From NCBI GenBank assembly GCA_050084985.1, contig JBITNC010000001.1:5394001-5458000 (forward strand): DNA of 64,000 bases. The letters are read 5' to 3'. How positions within the stretch are numbered: position 1 is the stretch's first letter; each line of letters begins with the position of its first letter. Source of the DNA: Nageia nagi. Its lineage: Eukaryota > Plantae > Pinophyta. The notes below the pieces were generated by a model. That model did no database searches. It saw only the letters and a list, made by a program, of their open reading frames with translations, and was not told the DNA's origin. The position numbers and the translations under genes are program-made. Positions 23,793 through 37,700 of the stretch are shown one piece after another.

Positions 23793-26037
23793 TTATAATA
23801 ATAAATGAATCATATACAACATCATCTCACTTAAGCTCAAGATAAAATGAACAGAGGAAATATCTTTGAACATTATAATCAAAGTCTTACATGATAATAT
23901 TGAATAAGCACTTGCTACAACATCATAAATGTATATTTGATTACAATTGTAAAAGCTTTGTCTAATTGATATGACAAAACTTTGGCAAAAACATTTTTTA
24001 CCTAATCTACAATACTTCAGAGTTGGGTGCAACAACGAACATAGTAACAACATTGCTTCTTTAGTAAAATTCGTAAAAAAGCCAAGTGATAATGATAGTT
24101 TAGAAAGGATGGATTGCATAGAAAGATAAAAGAAAAAACTTAGAAAAACCCTTACAGAGTACTGAAATTACCTAGCTAGCTTTGTGGAATGGGCCAAAGA
24201 TCTATATCTTCGTTGGCTTCTTCCTTTTATAGGTGTCGTTGGAATCTTCATGATGTACAAAAAGCTTTTAATATCTTCTATTACACTTGCCTCAAAAATT
24301 CACCACCTATCCATAAAATTGACTGAACCACAAAAAGCATTTCCTTAAACTTGGTCACTACTTATAATGGTTTACAAAAGGGTCAAACACATCATGTGTT
24401 ATGATAACCATATTTTGGTATACATTGAACTTTTAAACCTTATTGTTCAAACATAGTTGGGTTAACATCTAGTGAAGTTTCAATAGTATCAAAACAATAT
24501 ATCCTTTCATATGTAGCCACATAATCATATGGTAGTGGTCCCAAATTTTGACATGCATTATTTCTATAAACTCTCAATTGAGCAAATTATTTACCTAATT
24601 TCACCCTCTTTGTATAATCTCTTGTCTCATTAGGATACTGGTTCCAAATTGTTTTGATCTTATTTTCTCCTCGAATCTTTTTTGACAAACTATCTTCAAA
24701 ATAATCAATGATGTGCTTGATAGCAACATGAACATTTATACTAAGCATTAGTCTTTTATGACAACCATGTGGGTCAAATGGTCTCCAGGTTACTTCGTAT
24801 AAGCATAATTTATCCATTTTAGACATGGTATTTATTAGGGCTTGATGAGAATTAAACAAGTAAAAACCAAATTTACAAGGTATTTACAACCAAGGAATAT
24901 TTCTAAAGTTTTTAATCATTTTAATTTGGACTTCTTCTACACTTTGTTTGACTAATTCCAACATGATAAAAAAAATAGGGCAAGCTACTGGAAGTGCTTT
25001 CTGTGGGACCTTAGCACCATAAACCCTAACAAAAGAAAATTCTTCTGTAACAATGTATTCACCAAGTCCTAGCATAAAATTTACTAAGTTTCTGTTGACT
25101 TGAGGTAACAGTCTCCCTTTTATGATGATATGTATCTTTGACAAAATATGAAAATAAAATTGCCTCTTTCCATTAGGATTCAAGTTTTGATGAATCATCT
25201 TAAGCTTGTTTTGAATATTGCCTCTTTAGCTCCCAACATACATAACACTTCATGCGATAGCTGATCCAAAAGAAAATGCATGAGGATTGAATAATATGAA
25301 AACTTTGGTAACATCAAATCATGTTGTTCAATAGGTTGTTTGAGCTTTGTCAACTTGTTATCCATCTTATGGCATATCCATTTACCCCAATTGAACCTTT
25401 CCGTTATTCCTTCATTGCTACTAGCTTGCATGAAGGTAAATATATCATTTTTCACCACATGCTTTTTTTCAACAACTAATACTATTTGGATCATGGTTAT
25501 CCAAGTGACAAAGATGGAGTTTAAGTGAGCCTTTGGAAAAGGAAAAATTGGGGAATATAGTTCTACTATGTTAAAATGGAAAGGATACAACTAATTATTG
25601 GCTACATAATTATTAATTTCTTGAGAAAGTGATGGTAGATCAATAGGCACATTGTCTAGAGTTTGGTGAATAACATTCCTAAATTTTATTACTTGAATGG
25701 AGAACACTTTCTAATCATTTAAATTTCTAAAAGTTTTATCAGTAGGAGAGTAAGCTTGTATTAACCATAACATAAGGTCAATATTGAAAAGTATCTTAGG
25801 ATATATTATCTCCTCAAGATTTGAATCCCAGTTGAAATTATCTTGATTCTCCATACCTATTTTCCTTTCTTCAATCCTTTTGAACAAGGACTTGATTTCA
25901 AATGGGTGTATATCAGGAATATCTCTCACTTCTTTGAACTTGGAGATGGGAATCACTTGCATTTCCTCATTACTTAGCTGATCATATTGGCTAAAATTCT
26001 GTATAACCCTAATGAAACTCTCGGATATATAACCATG
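23793..26037 (-). pseudogene. Fragmented long ORF resembling uncharacterised retrotransposon accessory proteins
   Basis: Five collinear - strand ORF pieces (25711-25962, 25195-25590, 24884-25198, 24587-24859, 23793-24119) with protein-like blocks FNWGKWICHKM...FSYYSILMHFLL and FVRVYGAKVPQKALP...MLELVKQ. No gag/pol motifs. Confidence 0.55.
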
Positions 26038-26769
26038 GACAATCTAGTGAATCACTAACCTAAAAAATATCAAAATCATCCATTTTGCACTCTAAATTGT
26101 TAAGATGACAATCATTAAATATTTGAATTGGGTTGTAGCTTATGGTTGTTTACCCTCTTTATGTTGTTAAAAACCTTTGATTGTTGCTTGCTTTGGCTCT
26201 CTTCACTTTTGATTTGATAATGATCATGCAAATTTAATCAACAAACCACATGTCATCAAAAATCATATAAGATGATGCTAAGAATTTGGGTAACACATGT
26301 CTATCATCTATTATATGAGATTTGGAAGCTTGTTATTGATTTAACCCTTATTCATTTTCTGTGTTATTTCAATCTAGTCAATCCTCATGTCTTTACACGA
26401 TTCTTGAATGCTTATAATAAAGGTCATTTGTTAAAATTATTTCTTCGATGTAATAAGACCTTATCTGATGATAACTTAGCTTTAGTCGATGGATTAAAAC
26501 CCAAATCGATGATGAAAACCATAATCTAAAGATTCTTTTTTTTTGTTTGATGATTGATTACCTTATCCGATTGGAGCATAACCATAGTTTATGATCACTT
26601 AGCTTATCTGATGAACACTCATATTATTTGATGAAATAAAACCTTAACTCACAAAGCATATCCGATGGATTCTGAACTTACTTTATGGAGTGTAACCTTA
26701 CTCAATAGTAATGGACCTTACTCGATGACACTTATTCTTACCTGATGAGTGATTTTTAACATTATATGC

Positions 26770-29110
26770 AATATTTAGGGTCAAATCACTTCTCTTCTTT
26801 ACTGGGTTAACCAAAACAACTATGAAAATTGAGACTTTAATCATCAAGCCATATGGATTTCAAATTTTTCTTTGGTTGGAAAAATTGAATAGGTAAAGTT
26901 GGGTTATAATAGGTTGACTACACTTTAATAAAGGATTTCACCATAACTCTTGATGATTCATATTTGGTATAGGTTTTTGTAGAAATTATTGCATTGTTAA
27001 TCGAATCCTCACACTATGTGTTATCATTGAAGAGGATCGAGCTTATAAACAAAATGTTTACTGCTTATAGACTTTTTTAAAGCCTTTGATATTGTCCTTA
27101 AACATATTTTATTTCAAAAGCCTGGGGACCTATGGATATTTGGAGAGGTCATATCCTTTTTCATGAATTTATATGAACAAGTAGTTGGTTAAGTTTGAGT
27201 TGGTTTGTATTTATTTGTTAATGTCTATAGCACTATTGGTGTTAGATTGGGTTACCTTATCTCACCTACCCTATTTGGACTTTATATTGATGAACTTGAG
27301 TACATGATCACAACCACTTTGGTTTGAAGTGTGGGTTGTTTACTACATGGTTCCATTATCTTCATTTTACTATTTACAAATGATATTGCTTTATTGTCTC
27401 ATACAACATGTGGGCTTCAATGTTAGGTTGATATTTTGAGTACATTTTATGATACTCATGATCTTCAAGTTACTCTTAAAAAGATAAATGTCATGTCCTT
27501 TAAAATGTAGAAAGCATATGCCTCCAAAATCCTATTGAGATAGTTACCTTATACACCTATTTGGGTGTTCTTTCAAAAGTTCATACTTTTACCTTATACA
27601 CCTATTTGGGTGTTCTTCCAAAAGTTCCTACTTTTAGCTTGATCTCAAGGCTATGTTGTAGCTATCTCTTTAGAGAGAATATTTCTAACTCTAGTTTCAA
27701 GATACCATGGAAAAAATCAAACTCTTTCATGCTCTTTTTTCTCTAATACTTTATGGATGTGAGGTATGGTGACCTAGTTTGAGACACTTTGGTTGGGCTT
27801 GTATTGAGAGTGTTTTGGAAAATATTCTTTCAAGATCCATTTGAGTAAAAATATTTATCTTATATTCCATTATCATGGTTGAATTTGATGCATATTGTCT
27901 GATGATGCCCATAATATTCCATATTGTTAGGTTGTTGAATAGAATCCATTACATGATATCAATAGCTCTTAGCTCAAAGAGATACCATCTTTTAGCTCTC
28001 AAATCCTTATTGCAACTTGCAATTAAGGCTATTCACTAGTGTTGGTATATATAAGTCACTTCTTTTTTGTGATTTATAAACCTAAACATTGAAGAATTCC
28101 TTCCTTCCAACTCTCAAATAGAACCTCTACTCTTTCTACTAGAGATATCAATAAAAAGATCAAAAAGGAAATATATTCATCTTACCTAATGTCAACTTGG
28201 ATTGAATTGAAAATAATATTTTCATCAAAGCTCTTGCATTATCTTCATGTTTACATGACATTGGAGAATGATGTTATTATCATCATTGATTACATAAAAC
28301 TACAAATATCACATCTCATATTCCCTCTTGTTTAAATAAGGGTTTTCTCACACTAATTTTGTATTGAGATAGATCACAATATCCATAAAGAATAACATGT
28401 TTGTAGGTTATGCAATATGTTGGAATGTATAATGCATTATTGTAAAGGTTGTATTAAATCTTCTATGTAAATTCACTAATACTTAAGGGTATCATTTGAC
28501 ACCTTAAGTATTTAAGTGAATATGATAATGTAACTTGTCCTACACTCCATGTCATGAGCATGCCCCTTGGATAAGAGGATGTGCATGTCATGCTTTTGTA
28601 AATTGGATAAAAGGGTGATCCAAAGAGGGATTTTGGCCTATAAATAGAAGGCTCCCTCTTTGTGATCACACACCAATTGTGAAGTAAAGTTATGCTATAG
28701 GATATAAGTGTAGGAATTGAGATTAGAAGAATTGTAAGAGAGTTTTATTTGTGATTGAAGTAAAGATCTAGTTAGTGGATGTACTCCTAGTTGGAAAAGC
28801 CACTTTACATCTTGAGTTACTTTGTGATATTGTTAGATGTGTATTGTGAGCTTTTAAGAGATCTTGGTTATTTAGGATTGTTCTTGTTATAATTCAATTC
28901 TCTCACAATATGGAACCAAAATTTGAAAAATATTTCATATTCATTTACGTATGTACTATTAAATGTGGTTGATACCATTGCCTATTCAAAAGTGCTCATA
29001 CTTTGGAAATATGGATGAATTAAAAATATTAGAAATTAACCACACTCTATATTTGAGAAGCCACCCACTTTAGACATAGCTTAATCACTAGTAGATTTAG
29101 AAGCATAACT
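26770..29110 (+). mobile_element. Non-L1 LINE relic (RTE/RTEX-like reverse transcriptase)
   Basis: Frameshifted RT motifs IDF-KAFDIV, ST-GVR-GYL-SPTLFGLYIDELE, ILLFTNDIALL and YTYLGV, plus a C-terminal RVFSH...CRLCN..EP Cys/His motif split by a solo LTR. Confidence 0.7.
28418..28905 (+). mobile_element. Solo LTR of Copia family A
   Basis: Same sequence family as 43987-44481; TG...CA ends; perfect TSD CAATA (28413-28417, 28906-28910). Confidence 0.92.
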
Positions 29111-29249
29111 AGCTCCAAATTTGTTATGCTCTTTTTTCAACTACAAGAAGTTATGAAGTGGAAGTGCATCATGATTTTTTATAGTTCTTGAAGGAATACT
29201 CATTGTTACATTACTTCTAAACCCATTAGGGTTACTCTTGATTGAAATA

Positions 29250-32200
29250 TCATGATTTTATTTTTACCTCAAATTTTAGGTCAATCTCTTAACTCTTCAT
29301 ATTATTTTTGATATACAAAGAGCATAAACATAGGTTTTGAAACATGAGTTTTGAAAGCATCCAATACCTTGTACAATTCATCATATCTTCATAAAGCTCA
29401 ACAAAAATAATCTTACACTATTACAACCATTCAAATCCCAAGAGACCCCTAACAAGACATAAACTATAGAAGATTATATCTAAAATATAACATAACAACC
29501 ACTCTAGACCAAAATATACCTCCTACATGAGGTGATTGCCACATAACAAAACAAAGAGGGAGAGACCCCACAAAACTCTTCCCTATGAAAAAGTCAGGAA
29601 GAATGCCCCCTAATGTAGACCTTCTACCAGTTGATGGTTCCAAGAATCTAAGTGAAAGATTTAAATCAGATATATCTTGCCCAAAACATTCAAATCTTTC
29701 CCAAGAGAGATCCCAATCATAGGGAGACATATGAAATTCTCCTAACCCCATTCATAATCACATCGAAGAAAAATATCTATTCAAAATATCTCAAATTCCA
29801 TCTCGAAGTGCTTCAAAAACTCATTAAACTGATAATATACCTTGTACAATATTCCACTTCCATTGGAAAGCAAGCTCAACATTTGGTACAAAAAAATCTA
29901 TCATATTTTCTAGTTTGATCACAATGCTCCTATAGTGAGATCTCTCCATCTTTGCAACTGTGGTACCAAGATTATAACCCTTAATTGCCACCCAACAACA
30001 CAATGCTGAGCATCCTTCTTTATCCAACTTCATCCTAACATTGAAATTAATCACACCATATCCATCTCTACTCCTTGAAAGAAGAAACATTTGAGTGTTA
30101 TGATGAGTCATAGAAATCACCTATTTTTGGTATAGTTCTATGGTTCATTTTGTATATTTGGACACTATGGATTGATTAATTATAATTACTAAACTACTTA
30201 TTTTCTTAATACATGATAAAATGCATACTTTTCCAATGTTGGTACTTTGTGCATACTGATGATTTTTGTGTGTTTATTTTGATTAAAAATGCTCCATTTT
30301 GCTTCTTGGAACAATGGTTGATAATGTGGATGGTTCACAAGAATTGTTAGAAAGACTTTCAAATGAATTTTGCATTGTTTGGAGCTTTGCTCTAGACACA
30401 TTTAAGCTCCACTTGGTGTTTGTCTTTGGACTCATCTGGAGCTTTGTTTTAGACACATTCAAAGTTTTTCTCTAGACACGTTCAAAGATTCTATTCCAAA
30501 CTCATACTGAGCTTTCGTTCCAGACTCAAGTTCAAAAAGTTGATCATCATAGTTGACTTTATTGATAGCTCTAATCTAGTTTTGTATAATTTCAAAATTT
30601 GTGTAATTAGAGCTACTCCAGATTTAGTTTGTAGAAGCATGGTTCCAAACATACTAATATTATTAGAGTTAGTTCTTATTTTATGGAGTATGTTTGACTC
30701 CAAATTAGATACGTTGAACCATTTATGTCTTAGTTAGAGTAGTGCTAGATCATTAGGATGAGCCACCCTTTTCTTAAGGGATTGTACCTCTCCTTAAATA
30801 AAAGTGTGCATGATTTAATATGTTAATTTGAGTATTAGTTAGCTTTGATGAAAGGAATAAGAGATTTTGTTTCTATAATAGAAGGTAGTTTAGATTACTA
30901 TTATTTTTAGCCAATCTATTGTTAAACAATGGAGGAAATTTATACCTTAGTTATTGATAGTAGAAGGGGTTAGAAAATTATTATGTGAATAGACTGTTAT
31001 TCTGTGAGAATAAGCTTTTGTATTGGATCCATCAAGCACTTCCTATGTGATGATTTCCATGTAGTAATAAAGTAATCTTTTTAAGAGTTTCAAGTACTGA
31101 GTTATTTTAGTCTTCCACCAAGAGGAGCAAGGGCCCACTCCAAATGGCAGAAGACTCATATGTTTTAATGTACTTTTCAGTTCAGTTGTGAGTTTACTTT
31201 TAGTGTGATGATTTCAAGTTTGTCTCTTTCAGCATTTAAGATTCTTGTAATTTCAATTCTGTAACTTTGAATTCCATTTGTTTACTTTCTACAATTTTGC
31301 TTGAAGTAGATACAACTGAGAGAATAGAGCTCAATGCATACTACCTTAGAACACTGCTTGGATTTGATTAATTAAATGGAGTCATTTATTATCTTTCAAA
31401 ACTCGTGAAGGGAAACTAAATCTACCCTGAGTGTTAGAGTAGCTCTTTGAGTTAACTGGTCCCTTCATAATAATAGGTGGGAGGTTCACTAGGGGGAGGG
31501 TAGTGATATCCCTAGGGGAATTTGGAATGCAATAAATTACTCATCATGTTAGACACTTGATTCCCAACATCAATAAAGATGCCAAACCAAAATCTCACCC
31601 AAACAAGTGAAGGGAGTGAATGTAGCAATAGAAAATACATCACCAAGATGAAATCCAAATAAAATGAGCAAACACAAGCCCCTCTCACATTTATCTTGAT
31701 CTCCATAAAAATTTATATATAAACACCCAAGGACTTAGGCTTGCAACATGTTATGCCATCAATATCTTGGAATACCCATTCTCCACCAACCTAGGGTTGG
31801 TCTCCATACAAATCACTTCCAAAGGAAAAGAAATGATTAACATTTTCATAAATCTCATAGAGAATCCTGCTTATTGAAGCTTAACAAGCCCTCCATCCCC
31901 TTTGGTATCCAACCTCAAAAGATTATGGAACTTTCTTATGAAGAACACTAGAAAGAAAACCCAATAATGGAAAATCATGATGACCTTGCAGTGACCCTCC
32001 CTAAGTTTCTCATAGTAAAAATGTTCTAGACATTATGAGGTAAAGGATGGAGATGAAACCTAAATTTTGGCTCTCCATACTTGTCAAAAGTATCCATTTG
32101 TGAAAACTACCTTGCCGGTACTATTGAATAAGTAATCTTCAAAAACTAAGCAAATGGAGAGGATTTATTGCTAAAAAAAATCTAAAAAAAAAGAATGCAG

Positions 32201-32471
32201 ATGTTCTTGTATTCCACTACAAGAATATCAATTATGTGCAATTCCCATAAAAATTAAATTCAATCTCTTTAGAGCAAAATAAAAAACTAATAGATTCACG
32301 ATAAGAGGTAATATAAAATATTTCTTTTTAGCAATTTATCAATTTCCAAGAGAAAACCATTGCATCAAAATTCAATCCAAAAAATCCAATAAATAAAACA
32401 TCAAGAATCTTCAACTAGGTGCTCTTATTTGGTTCAGTAGACTCCTATTTGATTATTTTGGGGAACCACAA
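29250..32471 (-). mobile_element. Old L1 LINE relic E (RT C-terminus, zf-RVT, RNase H)
   Basis: Degenerate GRVT, PKGDGGL, CWVAIKG (zf-RVT region) and RNase H-like IF-S-VV / AD-LSK remnants. Contiguous once 30101-31546 is removed. Confidence 0.5.
30101..31546 (+). mobile_element. Solo LTR (1446 bp)
   Basis: Perfect 8-bp inverted termini TGATGAGT...ACTCATCA; perfect TSD TGTTA (30096-30100, 31547-31551). Orientation inferred from TATA-like TAAATA near 30795. Confidence 0.85.
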
Positions 32472-33200
32472 TGAAAGAATTAGATCTAAACTAATTCTCA
32501 AGGTCCAAGACTATAGGAAACTCAATCATTCAACATCTACAAACTAATAACACCATTCACACAAGATAACACCAATATAATGTGGTTCCTCCCTCCTTGG
32601 GAGTACATCCACAACTAGATCTCAATTCTCAATCTATGCACCTCTTACTACAATTCTCTTTCTCTCCTACACAAACTAGTAGAGTAATCTTACTCCAAAT
32701 CTTAGTTATGTTACAAGAGGAGAGGCCCTCTATTTATAGCATGAGAGCACCTCCCTAACCTCCCTTTAACTCAAGGGTAAGGTTAGGGTTACAATAAATG
32801 TATCACCTAACTTTAACCTACCAACTAACCATATGGTAAGATCAAAGAATTCAATTAATCCCTTAAGGTATCTACATATCCTTTAAGTGATTAATTGAAT
32901 TTACAAGGAGTTTAGATATTCACAATATTCATTACAAATTCTAACACTCTCCCTTAATGCAATATTGGGATAGAGCATAGAAGAGAGAAGAGAGAGAGTA
33001 AGAGAGAGTTCTCCTCCATAGAGATACAAGCGGAGATGAGAATATTTACATATTTGAGAATCTTTTTGAGAACTAGTTTGAGACTCACTACATTACCATT
33101 TGACAAAATGGTTTACAATACAATCATTAACCACAACTGGTTTCACTGTACATAGTAATCGATCAACTTTAAGCTGACATGTGAGTCTCCATGAGTCTCC
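32472..33200 (-). mobile_element. Copia D: 3' LTR (32472-32946), PPT and 3' UTR; related to families A/B
   Basis: LTR similar to 41570-41954; on the - strand ATTAAGGGAGAG|TGTTAG; 32947-33185 is homologous to the Copia A 3' UTR 51590-51788. Confidence 0.8.
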
Positions 33201-33920
33201 ATGAGATTACATTATTTAACATTAGGTATCTATATAATAAATACATTAAAATCTACTTTAATGTATAATAATAAATATTTATGGTTTCTCATGGTGGTTG
33301 TTAAGTTGGTTATCATAAGGGATTGTAACTCCCTATTTCTTATGTACTTATTTGATGTTTCTTTATAATACAAACCATCTCAATTTCTCTCTTCTTTTAT
33401 GGTATTAGAGCAAATTCATAGAAGACTCATCCCATTGCTGATAGTTTGTGAAGAATTTCTTATAAAATACTAGTGATCTATGAAAGACTTTGAGAAGAAA
33501 TATGTTGCCCAATGTTGCCAAAGAAGTTGTGAGTGAAAGGCATCCTCCACTTGCCTGAAATAACATCTTGAGAGTCACAAGCAATCCATGAAAAGATTCA
33601 TGAGTATCCCTATGCTAAAAATCCTAGACAAGGATGAAGAAGACTTGTGCATATCTCTAGAATAAATTGTACATCAAAAAGAGGCACCACCATAAACACT
33701 ATACAAAATCATGAGGAATGTTAATGCACCCATGACCATATAAAACCATCAAAGACATCTTCAAGAGACATACCAAAGTGCACCAAAATGGTGTCCATAG
33801 AAGATCATGAGAGCTTGAATATATCTCAAGTTTTGAAGCATTTCTTTCCAACTTGCCATCCAATTTAAAATGCTCAACCATCAATGCCAAGGTAAATCAT
33901 GCCTTGCATAAAATAATATT

Positions 33921-34419
33921 TGAAGGAACTAAAACTAACAAGATAATTCCTAAATAGCCAAGATCTCTTGAAATCTCACAAATAACATATAAACAACTCA
34001 TAAAATAATCTCAAAATACAACAAAAGATGTAAGTGGTTCCTCTAACTAGGCGTATATCCATTAACTAGATCTTTACTTCAATCACAAATACAACTCTCT
34101 TACAAACCTCCTAATCTCAACTTCTAAGTACTATCCTTCAGCATAACTTTACTCCATAATTGGTGTGTAATCACAAAGAGGGAGCCTTCTATTTATAGGC
34201 CAAAATCCCTATTTGGATCACCCTTTTATCTAATGTACAAAATCATGACATGCACATCCTTTTACCCAAGGGGCATGCTCATGACATGGAGTGTAGGACA
34301 AGTTACATTATCATATTCACTTAAATACTTAAAGTATCAAATGATATGCTTAAGTATTAGTGAACTTACATAAAAGATTATTATATAACCTTTACAATAA
34401 TGCATTATACATTCCAACA
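33921..34419 (-). mobile_element. Solo LTR of Copia family A
   Basis: Reverse complement of the family A LTR; perfect TSD ATATT (33916-33920, 34420-34424). Confidence 0.92.
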
Positions 34420-34708
34420 ATATTAGCATCCAACAAAAGTATTTCCCAACCATTTAAAAGTAAATACAAGGAGTAATATATTTAATTAGAGGAAAAATTT
34501 AATAAAGAGACACTGCCTTTCATAAGATTCCTTTTTTTCCAATTGAATAAATCTAAATTTTGAAGGAATAATATATTATTTTTGGAGGACACTAAAATAA
34601 ATGCCAATAATCATTTTATCAAGTTATTACATTATTTTTTCAAAGGAAGCAATTAATATCTTTGGAGATCAAATTAAAGGAGATTATTTTTTTTGAAAAA
34701 CCATGGTC

Positions 34709-37700
34709 CAATATGTCCTAAATACATTACTTCCTGAATCTCAAGTGTTGAACTACATGTGACACTGAAAGGGGGGTAAATTATTGTACCTTATAACTTA
34801 AAACTGAATGAAAAATTAAACTCAAAATAATCACATAAATTGCACCACACAATAGAAGATTTATAGTGGAAACCCAATGTGGAAAAAACCACTCTTCAAA
34901 GGACTATGTGGACTCCCATCCAAATCTAATCTCAAAAGTAAGGGCAAATTTTACAATATTTTTGCAACACCAATTGCAAAAAGCACCAACCCTTGTTGAC
35001 AAGCACCAACTTAACAAATCCAAAATTCTCTGATAAAAATTATAAATCCTATCATAAGATCGTAAGTGGTCTAGCTCATAAAATCTTCTTCTTTAAAATA
35101 TTCTCACACTTTGCACACTGATAATTTTGCTTCATACATATTGATCAATCCAAATATACTATCTGAAAACTCATTTTGAACACACCCAAAATAAACTCTT
35201 TATTCAACCAAAATCCTCTTCTTGCAATCAACCAAAACCCTTCTCTACAACCTGCAAATAAAAACTCCACTCTAAAGAAATGCAAACTTACAACTCTTTA
35301 AAAAATATTCTTGCAACAACATTCTCAAACCCTCTCTCTCTCCATTCTTCACCTGCAACTTGTCTCACAAAGATATGCAACCATTCAACTTTCAACACTT
35401 CAACTTCTACCCACAAAAACACCAATTTGGACCATAAGATGATGTTTTTTAGCTATCAATGATGTATTCCTATAAGAAGACATACAAAATCGTAAATCTT
35501 TAAATTCTGCACCCTACACAAAAAAAGGGCTCAAATAGAGCTACTAATCAAAAGTTATGATCAAAATAGTGAGACACCCTTCATTATCTCATTTTTCACT
35601 CTTTGCTTGAGAGAAAACAAAAAAAACCCACTTATTTTTGTAACTCCTCCTTCTCATAAAGATATTTTCTCCTTTCTTTTTTGTTTTTTTTCTTCCATTT
35701 TTTTTATCAAACTCATTACATTTTTTATTTAAATATATCACATACATTTAATTTTCAATAATGGTCATTTTGTCAAACAATTCACACTCTTATGCAATTT
35801 GGAGAGGAGGCATTTTGTCAAACAATTTGTAGCCCTTCTTAGTCACAAAAAAATAGTCAATTTCCCATATAAATTCCAGTGGCATTTTGTCAAAAAAATC
35901 ACATGCCAAAATTGGAAAAATAAGAAAAAAGAGCTCTAATTAAAGAGCCATAATTTCTTACTGGGTGCACGGTTTAACATGAAATTTGGAACATATATTC
36001 TCCATGTAACCGAATACATTTTATCCAAATTTGAAGGTTTAACTTCTCATAGTTTGCACATATAAATTCTCATAAAGTGGCCTCTAACAAAGATTTGTAG
36101 ACATTTCATCAAACAGTTTACCAAGTCTGGAAAAAATAAGAAAAAGTGACTTAGAGCCATTTTTCGAAAGCCATAACTTTTTAATGTGAACATGGATTAT
36201 AACAAAATTTGAAACACTTATTTTTGGTATATTCATCTACAATCACCATGAATTTTATTAGCTAACTTCTCTTGGATAGCTTGTTTTACCTCCAACAATG
36301 TGGCCTCCAATGCTGATTTCGCAGGCATTTTGTCAAACACTTCACATGCTTAGTTTTGTGCACATTAGAGATTCTCATACTTTGGGATCTCAAATCAAGA
36401 TGATTCAAAACACAAAGTTGCTCATGTCACCAAGTTATATATGTGCAAAATTTGAAATTCCAAATTTGAAGATTTCAAGAGCTTGAAGCAACCATCCAAC
36501 TATTTGCTTGACTTAGCCAAAATCGTGTTTAGAAGTACAAAAAGTTACGAAGTGGCATTTTGTAACTTGTACCATTTTCACCTCGATCACCACCTTGATA
36601 TAAAATTTGGATCACATCTTATTGGTATATAATACTATATCTAATTTAGATTTTAGCCTTTGATTCATCACATTTTGCTTGTAATTTGATTTGCATGAAG
36701 CTAATTTCACATATATTTTTGATTGCTCCAAAATCCACACGAGTGCATGAAATTGAACCAACATGGAATTTGACCATTTCAATGTTGCAAACAACTTTGT
36801 TATCACCCTAATAATTGATCCAAATGGTATTTGGCTATCCATCACCTTTCATTTGTGTTTTGGCCCCCTTGATGACTTTTGGTACCTCATGACAACTTTT
36901 TATTCCTTTGTTGCTTTTGCGTTTGACAACTTTGCAAATCTTATCGATGTCATTGCTTTGACATGTGTAACCATGAAAACCATATGCACATTGATCTCAT
37001 TGTGTTGATAACAATGATAACACCATTCATTGTACTCAACATCAAGTTCTAAAGGGAGATAATTATGTTTCTTAGAAAATGAAGATTCAAGTAATTCTTC
37101 AATTCAAGCAATTGTAGGAAATTGTTAACAAGACTAAAACTTATCTTATGATCATTGTTGAAGAGCAAATAAAGTATGATAAATGCAATAACAAAGCACT
37201 TACGATCATCCTACTTAGCATTTTAGATGATGTTTAACCTCATGTTCGTGAATGCACTAAATCCAAAGATGCATGGAAGAAGTTGCAACAAGTCTATGAG
37301 TCCAAGAATTTGAACCAAATTTTGTATCCTCAAGGATAATTACACACTTTAAGGTTGAAATTTGGAGAGAAACTAAAATCTTTCCTTTATCAAGTTTCAA
37401 AACTCTAAGCTTCCTTACAAGCATTAGGAGATATAATGGAAGACAAGCTCTTGATACCCATTATCCTGAGAGTACTCACAGAGAAATATGGCACCTTTAT
37501 GATTTCCTTGAATATCTTAGAATAAAAATCAACCTTTTAAAATTTGATGAATATGTTGCAGCAAGAAAAATCCTTCCATGATAATTTGAATGAAGAGAAG
37601 TATGATACGATGTCCAACCAACAAGGGAAGTAGCCTTTCCAACATAAGGGAAAAGGTAACAATACCTCAAAATCCAATGACAACCAAAAGAAAAGAATTT

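Noticed and set aside
26459-26752. Hammerhead ribozyme / retrozyme (CTGATGA cores)
   Set aside because: The CTGATGA words lack a convincing stem II plus GAAA and cleavage triplet; they belong to a repeated DNA motif. The same applies to CTGATGAGGAAA at ~55717.
31501-31519. tRNA-Arg PBS-like TAGTGATATCCCTAGGGGA
   Set aside because: Lies inside the solo LTR defined by its inverted termini and TSD (ends 31546).
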